Below are positions 45,061-58,756 of a DNA stretch of 64,000 nt, in pieces. A program made the translations under genes and the position numbers. The stretch is from positions 55,366,001 through 55,430,000 of the forward strand of contig OX597821.1 of NCBI GenBank assembly GCA_951406725.2, written 5' to 3'. The notes under the pieces were generated by a model that was given only the letters and a program-made list of their open reading frames with translations, ran no database searches and had not been told where the DNA came from. Origin of the DNA: Octopus vulgaris (Eukaryota). The stretch's first letter is position 1, and the number at the start of each line of letters is the position of its first letter.

Positions 45061-45090
45061 CGATGACGATGACGATGACGACGACGACGA

Positions 45091-45123
<33 letters not shown>

Positions 45124-45136
45124 TGATGATGATGAT
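44805..45136. repeat. Compound trinucleotide array
   Basis: (ATA)n(GAT)n(GGT)n(GAT)n(GAC)n(GACGGC)n(GAT)n. Confidence 0.95.
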
Positions 45137-45219
45137 TACGAAGTTGCATAGCACTACCTTTAATTCGTTTAATATATACAGCTTTACATTGTTCTACACA
45201 TGTTTCAAATGCATGGATT

Positions 45220-46030
45220 GATTGGAAAATATTTTTGAATTAATATATTAAAGAACTTGGAAAAATTATATTCACTAATTTACCAAATGGAATAATTAAT
45301 CACAAAGTATTATTCGAGTTGATAGTATAATCTTGATGTTTATATCCGTTTTTCGAAGGAGGAAATATCCATTTATTTCAATCCGTATTAAAGCTAGTGT
45401 TTATTTTTAAATATTTTAGCTGTTTTTATATTACAAGAATTTGAGATTTTAGTAGAGAATAGAATACACAAAAATTTCTATTAGCAGTACGAGAACTTTT
45501 AGCACAGTTATCAACTATCTACTAATAATGTTTACTTTCGTTTGAACTTTTACAATTGTTCATTTGATTATTTTCTCTATTAAAATCACCTGCACTTGTG
45601 ATCTTATCAACTTCTATATTTGATTTTAAATTTCCATTTTTCTTATAAGAAGATATAATTATAGCACTAGATTTTAGATTTGCGTTATCAAAATTACTAT
45701 TTAAATCAGATTTGTAATTTGAATTATTAAACTTTATTTTCTTTTTATATCTCGCTTTCCTAAGTGCTAAATTATAGTAATCTACATCTAATTTCAAAAT
45801 ATTCTCATTGGCTGATAGTTTTGCTATTCTAGACAACATGTCCTATTTAGTAAGTTTGTTACTAATTTGAGATGATTACTGCTAATGTTTTGTATACTTT
45901 GTTTCCATTAGGTTTATGAAATGGTTTATAAATTCTTTGTTTGATTTCTAACATAATATCGAAGAAATTAACGAAGTAATGTTCATTTTCCATCGTTATA
46001 GATAGACCTCTATCTTCAAAGGTTTGGGAC
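45220..46030 (-). pseudogene. PLE RT C-terminal/thumb remnant (same type as 43700-44345)
   Basis: FEDRGLSITME...VNFFDI...YKPFHKPN, RIAKLSANENI...YNLALRKARY and LIQKYFP. Confidence 0.75.
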
Positions 46031-46345
46031 ACATAACCGACACATAAGAAAAATGGTGTGATTTAAATATATTAAGTCTTTCCTTTCGAAGCTCTTCTTA
46101 TCTTTGCTTTTCTTTTCTTTTATATGCGTAGCTTTCTTCACTCTGATGAAGCTCCATGTTCCAGATCGGTTGTATTACCAAATATGATGAATATTATTTT
46201 TAGAATTTTCAATGGCAATACCATGTAACATTGGAAGTAGATAAAGGTGTTATAAAGGATACAGTCTATTGTATTGAATTCAAAAATAATAACTGATGTA
46301 AGTCAATTGTTGTTGATCAATATTTCTCCATTTTCTGTTTACTTT

Positions 46346-46434
<89 letters not shown>

Positions 46435-47067
46435 GATACATATATATGTGTGTGTGTATGTGTGTGTGTGTATAAGAGATGACAAAGTAATTTCGAATTC
46501 CTTCTGTCATCTTTCTCTGTCACCCCTATGTACATACATATACACACGCGCATATATAATTTTTCTATGCATATCTTGTACTGAGTTTATGGATCTACAC
46601 AATCAGGACTGCATCGAATGCCAGGCGTCAGGTAGAAGAGAGTGCTATGAAGGGTTAATTAAATTTTTAGCCCCTCATATATTTTGAATTGATAGAAATC
46701 TCTGAAAATCCACAGTCTTAAATATAAAATACTGGATAATGTATTATACGGTTGGAATTAAGCTGGGATGGTCATACCTGAAATGTCTTTCAAGCCATCT
46801 CGCAATGTAATGTATCAGTAGATGTTCTACGATTTACAAATTGAAGAATCAACTATAGTCACAGCTCGAACACATTTGAGTTTAGACCTACTTGATCAGC
46901 GTTAGTATGGATCTAAACAACAAGAGCAACTGGTAATGGCAGTTCAATTTACTATCACATTTCAAGCAAATTCTGATCAAAACGGTTGATATTGCCCATC
47001 TACCAAATGATAGATATTCCTCATACTGGGGCATTAATTCTGCCGAGAAAAGTCCATTGCATTAGAT

Positions 47068-49786
47068 CAGAGGTCACCAAACATTATCGGCCATCGACCC
47101 CCTTTAACCACTTCTTTCGTATTGACCCCCTTTAGCTACTTCTTACGCATCGACCATCCTTCTCATTTAAAATATCTTAATACCCCACCCTACCGTACCA
47201 TATCTTAAATGCGTACCGGGTACTGATGCTGGCAATTAAAATGTTAGCTAAAACATACATGTACGACAAATTAACAAATTCTATTGAAGATGACACTCAT
47301 TTTATATTCAAAACTACGTGTACGGGTATACAGTATTAAACTTTCAATTTTTATGAAATTGTTTTCATGGGTTAGAAAATGTGAAAAACGCATCATATTG
47401 CTGGAATATCTTTTACTGAAATTGAGAACATCAATGCGAGGGATGAGCATGGTGATCTTGAATCAGGGCATTGAACTCAGGCTGACTGTTGTCAGTTTCA
47501 TTTTCAAATCGTTTCGTTCCCCTAGGTTCGGGCGAATCCTCTGTTTGCTAAGAATTTCGTTTGCATGGCTGAAGCCAGCTTCACCATGTAAGAGCTGAGA
47601 AATGCCAGGAATGGCTCAGCTGCTGCTTTAAGGTGTGGGTACTGTTCACTTGTTTTCATATTGTGCCAAATTTCACTGATACTTCTGATCCCCCAAAAGG
47701 CTTTCACTGCAATATCGACACGCAAATCACCCAGTTCGCTTTCAAGCTCTAGGCTCCTATTCAAATCTTTGAATATCACGTCGAACGGTGCCATCATCCA
47801 TGCCGGAATTTATATGCTCTCAATGTTTTTACACCGAGCACGGAAATCATCTTACAGGTTTTGCAAGTGATTGGTGAAGATCTCGATATCAGCTTCTGAA
47901 ATATTTCGTCCTGAATTCAACTAGAAGTGCATCAAGTTTGAAAAATACGTAAAACCTCTTCTCTCCAAACAATATTTGAACAATGCAATTTCACCCCTCG
48001 ATTACTATGATAACTGTCCGACCTCGAATTATTGTTACAACCATGCCATGCAGACGTTTTCCAGCCTCATTAAACTTGTAGCAAATGTCTACCAAATAAA
48101 ACAAATGCTTTTTACATTTCTTCAATTCATCACAGTGTTGGAGTCACTTCTCTCAAAAACACCACCCTGGAATCGAAGATATCGACAAACGCTTGCAAGC
48201 TTTCACCCTTCGAAATCCACCTCACCTCTGTGTGGAGGAGTAACTGCTTGGCTGTTTCATAATTTTCCTCGCTCAACTTTGCAAACAATCTTGAGTTGAG
48301 GCGGGTGTGCTTTTATTTTATTGTCTGTTTTTACACAAATCATCAACGTTCCATTCAGCTCACCACTAAGCTTCTGGGCCACAAGATGGTTTCGGCGCAA
48401 TATGAAATGAATAGCAAGTACATTACGAACCTCTTGCTTGAAGCCTTTGTACCTTCCAACAATAGCTGGTGCACCGTCAGTTGTAAACATATTAATGTTT
48501 TGGAGATTGATGGCATGTTCTTCGAAATATTCTTTTAGGCATCTGAAAACCCTATCCCCTTTCGTATCGTCTTCTAGATATTTTGCGAATAGCAACTCGC
48601 CAGTAACTCATTGGAGACTCTGACTAAACTATCTTGCGTATGCCACCAATACACTAGAACTACCAAATGTTGATTCATCGACTTCAAGAGAAAACTTCGA
48701 AGACTGTAAGCTCCGATATCAACATTTTTTCAGCATTGGTAGCCATCTCGTCAACGCGGTGTTTCACAGTATTTGCGCTCAACGGAACAAAATTTTAAAC
48801 AGTGTTGGGATTAGCTTTCATCATATTTTCAATAACTTCCACAAGAGTAGGAATAGTCTCTTCCTCGCCGATAGAGTAAGGTTTTCCCTTTTCTTGCAAT
48901 ATTAAGAGCTATGTTGTAAGAGGCTTTCTGTCCTCCTTCGAGATCAGTTTTTGCAGGCAGCTTTAATAAGATGTTTTCAAACTTGGTCTACTCTTGAATT
49001 TTAAGCGTGAACATCTTGATATTCCAAATTAGTGTATATATACAACCTTCAATGTACACAAATGTATTCAAATTCAAACTTATCTTCCTGATAAGGAGAA
49101 AAGCGCAGCACGATGGATGGCGTAGCGTCCAAGTAATAAATATGTTTCTTTATTACCCACAAGGGCTAAACATAGAGGGGACAAACAAAGACAGACAAAC
49201 GAATTAAGTCGATTACATCGACCCCAGTGCGTAACTGGGACTTTATTTATCGACCCCGAAAGGATGAAAGGCAAAGTCGACCTCGGCGGAATTTGAACTC
49301 AGAACGTAACGACAGACGAAAAACTGCTAAGCATTTCGCCCGGCGCGCTAACGTTTCTGCCAACTCGCCGCCTTGCGTCCAAGTAATAAATATTCCATCC
49401 TCTCACATCCACCACCGTCAATAATTTACCAACAAAAACGTTTATGAGATATGTATTTAACATATTATCTGCCATACAAGGCCTGGTGATTTCCATATGC
49501 AAACACTTGACAGTCCTCCTCCCCTCAGCGACGCCTCTCAGTCTTCGATTACAATACAGATTACGACATCAGGCCTGAAACGTTAGCAACAGCAGACTCC
49601 TCGCTGCAATGAAAATTTGTTGTTTCCCCACTTTCATGGCAATGTCTAAGTATTTGAAGCAGTTCATCTGGGTGAGCTGGTCTTTCGCACGCCGACCCGT
49701 CCCATTCGATCCTTTGGCTATCATCGACCCCTGTATTTCCTCGCTGACCCGTAGGGGGTCCTAGGACCCCACTTTGGCGATCGTTG
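47068..49786 (-). mobile_element. hAT transposon (Buster/Charlie, ZBED5/SCAND3-like transposase), pseudogenised
   Basis: LFAKYLEDDTKG..F...TTDGAPAIVGRYKGF...AIHFILRR; TIRs CAGAGGTCACCAAAC / CTTTGGCGATCGTTG; 8-bp TSD CATTAGAT/CATTAGAC with central TA. Confidence 0.9.
49144..49374 (-). mobile_element. SINE family A nested in the hAT
   Basis: Full-length copy with a perfect 19-bp TSD GCGTCCAAGTAATAAATAT (49125-49143, 49375-49393). Confidence 0.9.
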
Positions 49787-50011
49787 CATTAGACAGACGA
49801 TTAACATAGTAGCCGATAAAAAAACATAGCTTAAATTTTCTATATAGTACACAAGTTGGAAAATAGGAAGTTATTATCGACGCATTTAGAACTCATGCAA
49901 TCCAGGCTAACTTATTTGTTGAAGTTATTTGTGCGGCTATTTCGTAGCAGAACGTCACAGAATCTCACATAGGTTTGCGCCATTCTGCGTTATAATATTG
50001 GCAGATTTTGT

Positions 50012-50410
50012 AAGGCGGCGAGCTGGCAGATTCGTGTGCACGCCGGGCGAGATGCTTCACGGTATTTCGTCTGTCGCTACGGTCTGAGTTCAAATTCCGC
50101 CGAGGTCGACTTTGCCTTTCATCATTTCGGGGTCGATTAAATAAGTACCAGTTATGCACTGGGGTCGATAATATCGACTTCATCCGTTTGTCTGTCCTTG
50201 TTTGTCCCATTCTGTATTTAGCCCCTTGTGGGTAGTAAAGAAATAGGTATTTCGTCTGCCGTTACGTTCTGAGTTCAAATTCCACCGAGGTCGACTTTGC
50301 CTTTCATCCTTTCGGGGTCGCTAAATTAAATACTAGTTGCGCACTGAGATCCATCTAGTCGATTGGCCCACTCCCCCAAAATTTCGGGCCTTGTGCCAAA
50401 AGTAGAAAGA
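50012..50410 (+). mobile_element. Dimeric family A SINE
   Basis: Full monomer 50012-50245 plus a headless second body with a different tail; 18-bp TSD AATATT(G/A)GCAGATTTTGT. Confidence 0.85.
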
Positions 50411-50653
50411 AATATTAGCAGATTTTGTTCAGGCTAAAAAGTTTTGGTTGCTTTATACCTTTATACTTACATACATCACGGATGCATGCTGTCAAGGAAC
50501 ATACTTCAAACAGATTTCTTTGCATGTTTATTATCACGGGAAATGTTATAAATTGTACACACACACACACACACATATGTATATATATATATATTATGGA
50601 TAGATAAATTTAGATAAATACACATATACATATATGTGTGTATATATATATAT

Positions 50654-50820
50654 ATATGCTTTATTTAAAGCAGCAGAAAATTCAACAAAACCTGTTACTC
50701 TGAGTTTCACGTTCCCGTTCGTCGGACAGGTTTTGCTAGAAAAACTGTCCGACGAACGGGAACGTGAAACTCAGAGTAACAGGTTTTGTTGAATTTTCTG
50801 CCGCTTTAAATAAAGCATAT
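50654..50820. ncRNA. Inverted pair of minimal hammerhead motifs (U4C core)
   Basis: Near-perfect ~80-bp arms, each reading CTGT-CCGACGA-ACGGGAACGT-GAAA-CTCAGAG-TA-ACAG; same family as 11589. Confidence 0.7.
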
Positions 50821-50884
50821 TATTCTACCACTGGTATTTGAGTACTCTTTTTTCCACCTTGTTTCACATTCATGCGTTTACTCC

Positions 50885-51283
50885 GGTAGGAGTGGCTGAG
50901 TGGTAAGTAGCTTGCTAACCAACCGCATGGTTCTGGGTTCAGTCCCACTGCGTGGCATCTTGGGCAAGTGTCTTCTGCTATAGCCCCGGGCCGACCAATG
51001 CCTTGTGAGTGGATTTGGTAGACGGAAACTGAAAGAAGCCTGTCGTATATATGTATATATATGTATGTGTGTGTTTGCGTGTCTGTGTTTGTCCCCTAGC
51101 ATTGCTTGAAAACCGATGCTGGTGTGTTTATGTCCCCGTTACTTAGTGGTTCGGCAAAAGAGACCGATAGAATAAGTACTGGGGTTACAAAAGAATAAGT
51201 CCCGGGTTCGAGTTGCTCGATTAAAAGCGGTGCTCCAGCATGGCCGCAGTCAAATGACTGAAACAAGTAAAAGAGTAAAAGAG
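50885..51283 (+). mobile_element. tRNA/CORE-like SINE (family B), full length
   Basis: A box TGGCTGAGTGG, B box GGTTCAGTCCC, CORE-like TCTTGGGCAAGTGTCTT, internal TG repeat, (GTAAAAGA) tail. Confidence 0.85.
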
Positions 51284-51348
51284 TATATATATATATATAT
51301 ATATATAGTCACACACACACACACACATACATACAACATATATATATA

Positions 51349-51426
<78 letters not shown>

Positions 51427-53777
51427 GTACACATGTGTTTGTGTGTGTGTGTGCGTGCCTGTATGTGTACTTATACCGTTATTTCGCGATAGAAATCCAA
51501 CACGCAAGCACACATGCACACTCTCACATATATATATACATATATGTATGCATGTGTGTGTGTGTATGTTTGTAACGAAGAAAAGTATGGATGATCATCA
51601 TAGCATTGCTGGAAAGATATACTGTATTTTAATAGTAGAGTGTTGTCAATACAATAACAACTCTTTTATAGAATGCATTCGTAGTTGCATTCATGCGAAT
51701 GCAATCACTGTTTGAATGATTGTAACAAGTCAGCCATTTTATGTGACGTGAGTGCAATAAGAGGTTTTTTGAGATCATTGTTGATATGAATAAAAGAGGC
51801 TAGATATGTTTCTGTGCGTATGCGTGCGTTTTCATGTGTGTGTGTCTGTGTGTCTGTGAGCATTTGCGCACGCGTAGTGTGTGACCGTGTGTGTGTTAAT
51901 GACTCCGTTAGTAGCTTCGTGTTGATGATAATCACATAAACTACTTTATAAAAAAATAGTTTATCACAAGTAACGAATCAAAGAAAAAATAAACGATTTC
52001 TGATATGATCATTCCTTTATAAATTTGATATCATCGAAGAAAAATAAAGTTTCTTTCTCAGACATTCTGTAATTGTTTGCGAACAAATCTAAGTGCTTGT
52101 AAACTAATATATTATTCACTTGGCTGTTTCTTCTCATCTGCATAATACTGACATATTTAATCGAGTCAAGGGTATATTATATACCAAAAATGTGTTAATA
52201 TAATGTCATTTTTTTCTGGTATATGATGAACAATATTTGTCAGCGACATGAAAATATCGAACGCAGAGCCGAACCAGCTGAAATTTCAACGCTGAACCAA
52301 CATACAAGCAATATTATAAATCATTTGAAGCAATCTAGTCTGTCGCTATTATATTTCTAAGATCCTTATTCATATAATATTTTGTAGTCATATCTGTAGC
52401 ATATCAACAGGTGTTTGAAGGAGTTTCGTAAATGTTTACCTGCGTTTCTCTTATTCAATTATGACGATGTCACTAGGAAAAAAGGAAATCTTGCAAAAAC
52501 CGATTATTTCACAGTATAAAAACATCAACCGCATCTACAAATAATGTCATTGAGTACGTATTGTATATCTGTTATTGCACACTTTCACATGCACAATAAA
52601 TCTGTTATCTTGATGTTTATGCTACAGCTGCCATTCTGGTTGTTGCTAGTTCTAATATTTCGCAAAATAATTAAAATTCGATTTCAGTATCAAATTACAA
52701 AGTAGATAATATATAAGCAAAAATTGCTACTCAGTCATTAAAACTAAATTTCACAATGTGAAGTAATTGTAATTTATCACCAGGTTAGAGAGAAAATTAC
52801 ACTAATTTCTACAGTAATAAATTAGTAGATACAAATTAATGTGAACAAATACTATTCGTAATTTGAGCACATGGACACAAATTTTGTGTTAGGGTAAGTC
52901 GGCTATACCATTCCAAGTACTTAACCCTGAAAGAAATGAAATGTAAACTTGACCTCTGATCTCCGAACGTAGAGTAACGGAAATGCCGCTAAGCACTTCA
53001 TCCGACAGGCTAAAGATACACCCAGCTTGCGGCCTTGTACAAATAACTGTAATAAAAATAACAAGGGTTTCTGATTTACGCTCAATGACCTCAGTTTGAT
53101 GAGGGATGGTTAGTCCATACTATCAAGCCTAATACTTAACAGACCCTTTCTTTTATTGACTTCAAGACGATGAAAGGCATAGTTGATTTCAGGGAGATAG
53201 TTGATGTACATAGCAGAATGCACCAACACAACTTGATTTATGTTGGTTGCACAAAAGCAATTGAATAAAAAATTCCTTGGTCATAGGTATGACATCAGGC
53301 AAAATAACAAAAGTTCGACGGAATTTCACAAACATTTTACATGAAACGGCTGCATGTTTCAGGAATACCTTAAAGCACACATTGTCAGAAAATATTCTGA
53401 CTCTACTGCACTTTCAATCCTCAAACACACGGAGATAAATATATTTGTGAATTACTAACATCATATCCTGCAGGAATGAACAAAGTAACAAGCGAATTTC
53501 ATCACATTTATGCAAAACGTCTTAACTAAGTGTTCTTTTCTGTTTTTTTATTTTCTTTCTTTTTCTTTGTCATTGGGACGCGATGTGCGTGATGTGCAGC
53601 GACACGTTTTCCTGCGCCAACCTTTCTGCATCAGATGCAAATCCGGGTATCGTCGAGCGTAACGCCGAGGAGGTAAAAATATATGTGCCATTCGGTGTTG
53701 AGACCTCAGATGTTCTCGGACCCCACGTCACTTTGATGACGCATACTGCTCTTTCATTCAATAAAAATGATGATAAT

Positions 53778-53984
53778 CCTTTCTAGTAAAGGCACAGCGC
53801 CTGAATTTTTTTGGGGGTGGTGGTTACATCGACCCTAGTACTCAACTGGAACTTAGTTTATCGTTCTCAAAAGGATAAAAGGCAGAGTCGACTGCGGCGG
53901 AATTTGAACTCAGGACGTAAACACGGACGAAATGCTGCTAAGCAATTTTCCCAGCGTGCTAACGATCCTGCCAACTCACCGCCT
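53778..53984 (-). mobile_element. SINE family A variant
   Basis: Reverse complement of the family A head and core; further decayed copies at ~52880-53035 and ~55230-55375. Confidence 0.75.
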
Positions 53985-54017
53985 CAATAATAATGATGAT
54001 GATGATGATGATGATAC

Positions 54018-55090
<1,073 letters not shown>

Positions 55091-56622
55091 GGATTTAATA
55101 CCGCTATACATTTTGTCCCACGTGGTGCCGGTCTGCCAGCTGATCGCTTTCATAATAAACACTTCCAATATAGGGACAAAGTTTGAAATGTGTCTGTAGT
55201 GGTAGGGAGTGTTCCTTATTAAATGAGATACAATACTCAACTGATAACTATTTTATTGAAACCGAAAGTAATAAAAAAAAAACAGGCAAAGTCAACCTCT
55301 GCAGAACTTGAACTCAGGACGTAAAAACAGACGAATACCACTTAGCATTTTGTCTGGTGTGCTAACGAGTCTGCCTTAACAACATCAACAGCAACAACAA
55401 CAAGTTGAAGAATGAGGAAGAGAAGAAAATGAGAAAGATACTATTAATCTGTGATTTTACCACTTTTCTGCACTTTCAACAGAAAATTCTCCTCCGTGTA
55501 ATTGAATAACCATATTGGTGAATTAATTTAATTTGTACTACTATTTATTTAAACCTTTGTGTCTTCATTATATTCATGTCTCTCTTGTTGACAAGCTTGT
55601 GCACTTTTTTGCGTACAATAAGCATTCTAATCGGTATACATTAATTGCCGTTACGACATTGTCAGAATATTGGCGTCAATTATGACCACTAGTTATATAA
55701 ACCAACCTGTGAGGTTACGCTGTTGACAGTCGAATGATATATTGCCAGAAAATTCCCTGATTAAATTTCGGATGTAGAATGTCCTCGTATGGAATGAGTT
55801 ACGGTAATATGACCACACATTCATCACCTGTATTCACCAATATTGCAACTTTTGCAAATGCGATTATTTCATTGGTTTATTCCAAATATCTCCTCCCCCT
55901 TTTGAGAAGCCTTGTTTTCTAAAATGAATCTAGCTTTCAATATACTTATATTTACAAATACATTTATCTTCATGACTTGATCTGATCTTATCGACGAAAA
56001 GATCGGATATTGCCTGACGAAAGGAAGTGGTTATGCAATGATGTAAAATTCTTTATCTGTATGTAAAAGGTATTGTTTAACAAATGACGACATTACTGTA
56101 ACATGTGTAGTGATATTAAACCGCCTCTTTTTGCTACATTCGTATTTGATTATAGTACTGAAATGTAACTATGAAATGATTGCAGCTTGCGTCATAATAC
56201 GTTGTAATTATTTCATTGCTACATAAATCAATTTAAACCATACCCAGTTGCATTATACAACTGTTTTACTTCACAAGGTCTACTCTATTGACAAGAAGAT
56301 TAATTGGGAATATTTATGTATTCCTTCGGAGTAACATGGTAGCGTGATAAGTTGTGGGATGTGCTACAATATATATATATATATATATAAATAAGGATAA
56401 TATCAATATTTAAATATCGATCTTATCATGTGGCCAGCATGGGAATAAATACCATGGAAAGGTTATAATTATTTAAAACTATAAATTAGGGTATCTGAGA
56501 GATACCACCATGCTGAAATAGCAGTCAAAACCCTGACCCTAAAACCACCTTGAATGTCCATATCACGCCAGGAGAGAAGACAGAGAGACAAAATAAACTA
56601 CCCAAAAACATTTTACTGGATA

Positions 56623-56681
56623 ATTCAAGATCCTGGATTTCTGGCTTTACTTCGGAGAAGCTCTGCCTTCTTCAGTTGAAT
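56623..56681 (-). ncRNA. Type I hammerhead ribozyme, canonical core
   Basis: ATTCAA-CTGAAGA-AGGC...GCCA-GAAA-TCCAGGA-TC-TTGAAT, in a ~320-bp element bounded by (TA)n. Confidence 0.85.
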
Positions 56682-56704
56682 ATACCAGATAGGCACATAA
56701 ATAC

Positions 56705-56775
<71 letters not shown>

Positions 56776-56950
56776 TACATACATATTTACACATATACAT
56801 ATGTGTGTGTGCGCGCGCGGTATGTATGTATATACAAATCTACTAGTACTTATTTTTTAAGCATGGAATCTATTGTATTGTGGTTTTTGCCGAGCTGCAA
56901 AGTTTCGGAGATATAAACAAACCAACAAAAGCTGTGAAGTTATAGTGGAA

Positions 56951-56983
<33 letters not shown>

Positions 56984-57429
56984 AGACACACACATGCGCA
57001 CACACAGACACACACACGCACCCCCACCCCATATATATATATATATATAGTTGAAAAGGATAAGAGACCTATACAAATCAAATTTTTATATAAAAGATGG
57101 AGGTGGAAATAGTACATAAGTAAGACAACGACACTTCAATTTAAGAGGAAATTTAATAAAAATGATTTTAAAATCATATAAGAAAAATATTACCGGTTTC
57201 GATGAATCTAACCTTATATCAGTAAAAATTTATACAAAATTGAAGTAAAAGAGTTTATCTGCTGCCTGAAGGACAAGAACATGTGTGAAGATTTTTCGTT
57301 GAAGTCTTCTTGCACAGGTTGCATTGTGACTGCTTAAAGAAATTTTCCTGATTCTTTTGTCACGGATCTGTTGGCGATGGTTCATCATCCACCCGTCTGA
57401 CTCATATCGTACGTCGAATGTGCGATACA

Positions 57430-57468
<39 letters not shown>

Positions 57469-57959
57469 TATTCCCTCTATCAAATTCATTCGCATATTTC
57501 GATACGCCTGCATATCGTCAATCAGTCACAAAGTTGATAAAGACTTGAGGTCGAAACGCTCGAAACGAGATGCTTAAAAAAAGGAAATTCCAAGATTAAT
57601 TTTTGGTGTTCAATGCTTCTTATGTGCATACGCAAATAGTCTTCTTCGTTTGAACTAATTTTAATACATAATGCATAATACATATGTTTCTATGAATGTG
57701 TGTGTGTGTGTGTGTGTGTGTGCTTGTGTGTGTGAATATGTATGTGTGATTTTTTATGGTGTCTGTTTGTGTTTGTGGTGCATGTGTGTATTTACATATA
57801 TGTATGTAAACGTGTTTCTGAGAATATGTATGTATGCATATGCAGGTGCATTTATGCGTTTTTGCAAGTGTATACACATATCTGCATGTGTAGGAATTAT
57901 CCACATATTAATTTTGGTTTTCTAAAGTGCAAAACATGAGTAACGATCTTTTCCAAATC

Positions 57960-58171
57960 GTATAGACTTAAGGGGCCGGTTTCCCGGTTTCCGTGGCCTA
58001 TATACTTCTCACCGGAAATAAGATTACTTACCTTTGCCAGCTCAGTGAACTGAGCAACATGAAATGAAGTGTTTAGTTCAAGAAGACATCGTGTCATTCG
58101 GTCCAGAAACCGAAACCACAATCTTACGACGATGAGTCCAACAGCCTCACAAATAAGTCACGCGCCTCCAC
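57960..58171 (-). mobile_element. SINE family C, degenerate
   Basis: Similar to 37415-37744. Confidence 0.55.
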
Positions 58172-58724
58172 TTTCTTTCTGTGTTCGAACGTAAAAGAGT
58201 TCTGATAGGAATTATATCCCTTTTCTTACGGATTCACTTATAAGAATTAAAAATGAAGTTGATTCAAGTCTCATCATTCCATTGATATTATCCATTCATT
58301 GATTCTTTGAAGCCATAACTTAACTATACACTATATACCGCTGTAAGCAATTATAATGTTTGAGAGAAACATGCGTATATGATAATACAAAAGGATTAAA
58401 TAAATACTATGTGTAATTCATTAGATGACGCTAAGGTATCATAAAATATATTACTACGATGTGTAAGTAATCTTCCTTCGGTTTCTATGAAGGTGAGGAA
58501 ATTAGAAATATGAGAATCCCTTTGTGATGGTTGAGATGGAGACAGTCATACATTAATGTCGCTTAAGAATACTTTTCTTAGTTTTGCTAAACTTAAATGA
58601 AATTAGAATCTTGTGGCAGGTATGAAAATTCCATCAATCCCTTAGGAACAACGGTCAAGGTAGAAAAAAAACAAAAAGAAATTCAATATTTACATGTATG
58701 AATATAATATAATATAATATTATT

Positions 58725-58756
<32 letters not shown>

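Noticed and set aside
46143-46260. Hammerhead at CTGATGAAGCTCC
   Set aside because: No matching GAAA, stem III or UH could be placed; the same applies to CTGATGA at ~60277.
51728-51752. Promoter (YY1-like GCCATTTT plus TGACGTGA)
   Set aside because: Short motifs are expected by chance and no linked gene was found.
52440-52472. 33-nt minus-strand micro-exon with good splice signals
   Set aside because: Stops occur in all three frames, and it cannot be supported without RNA data.
53570-53786. GC-richer ORF as a host exon
   Set aside because: Its 53720-53765 part matches the end of the repeat at 54535-54575, and there is no convincing splice pair.
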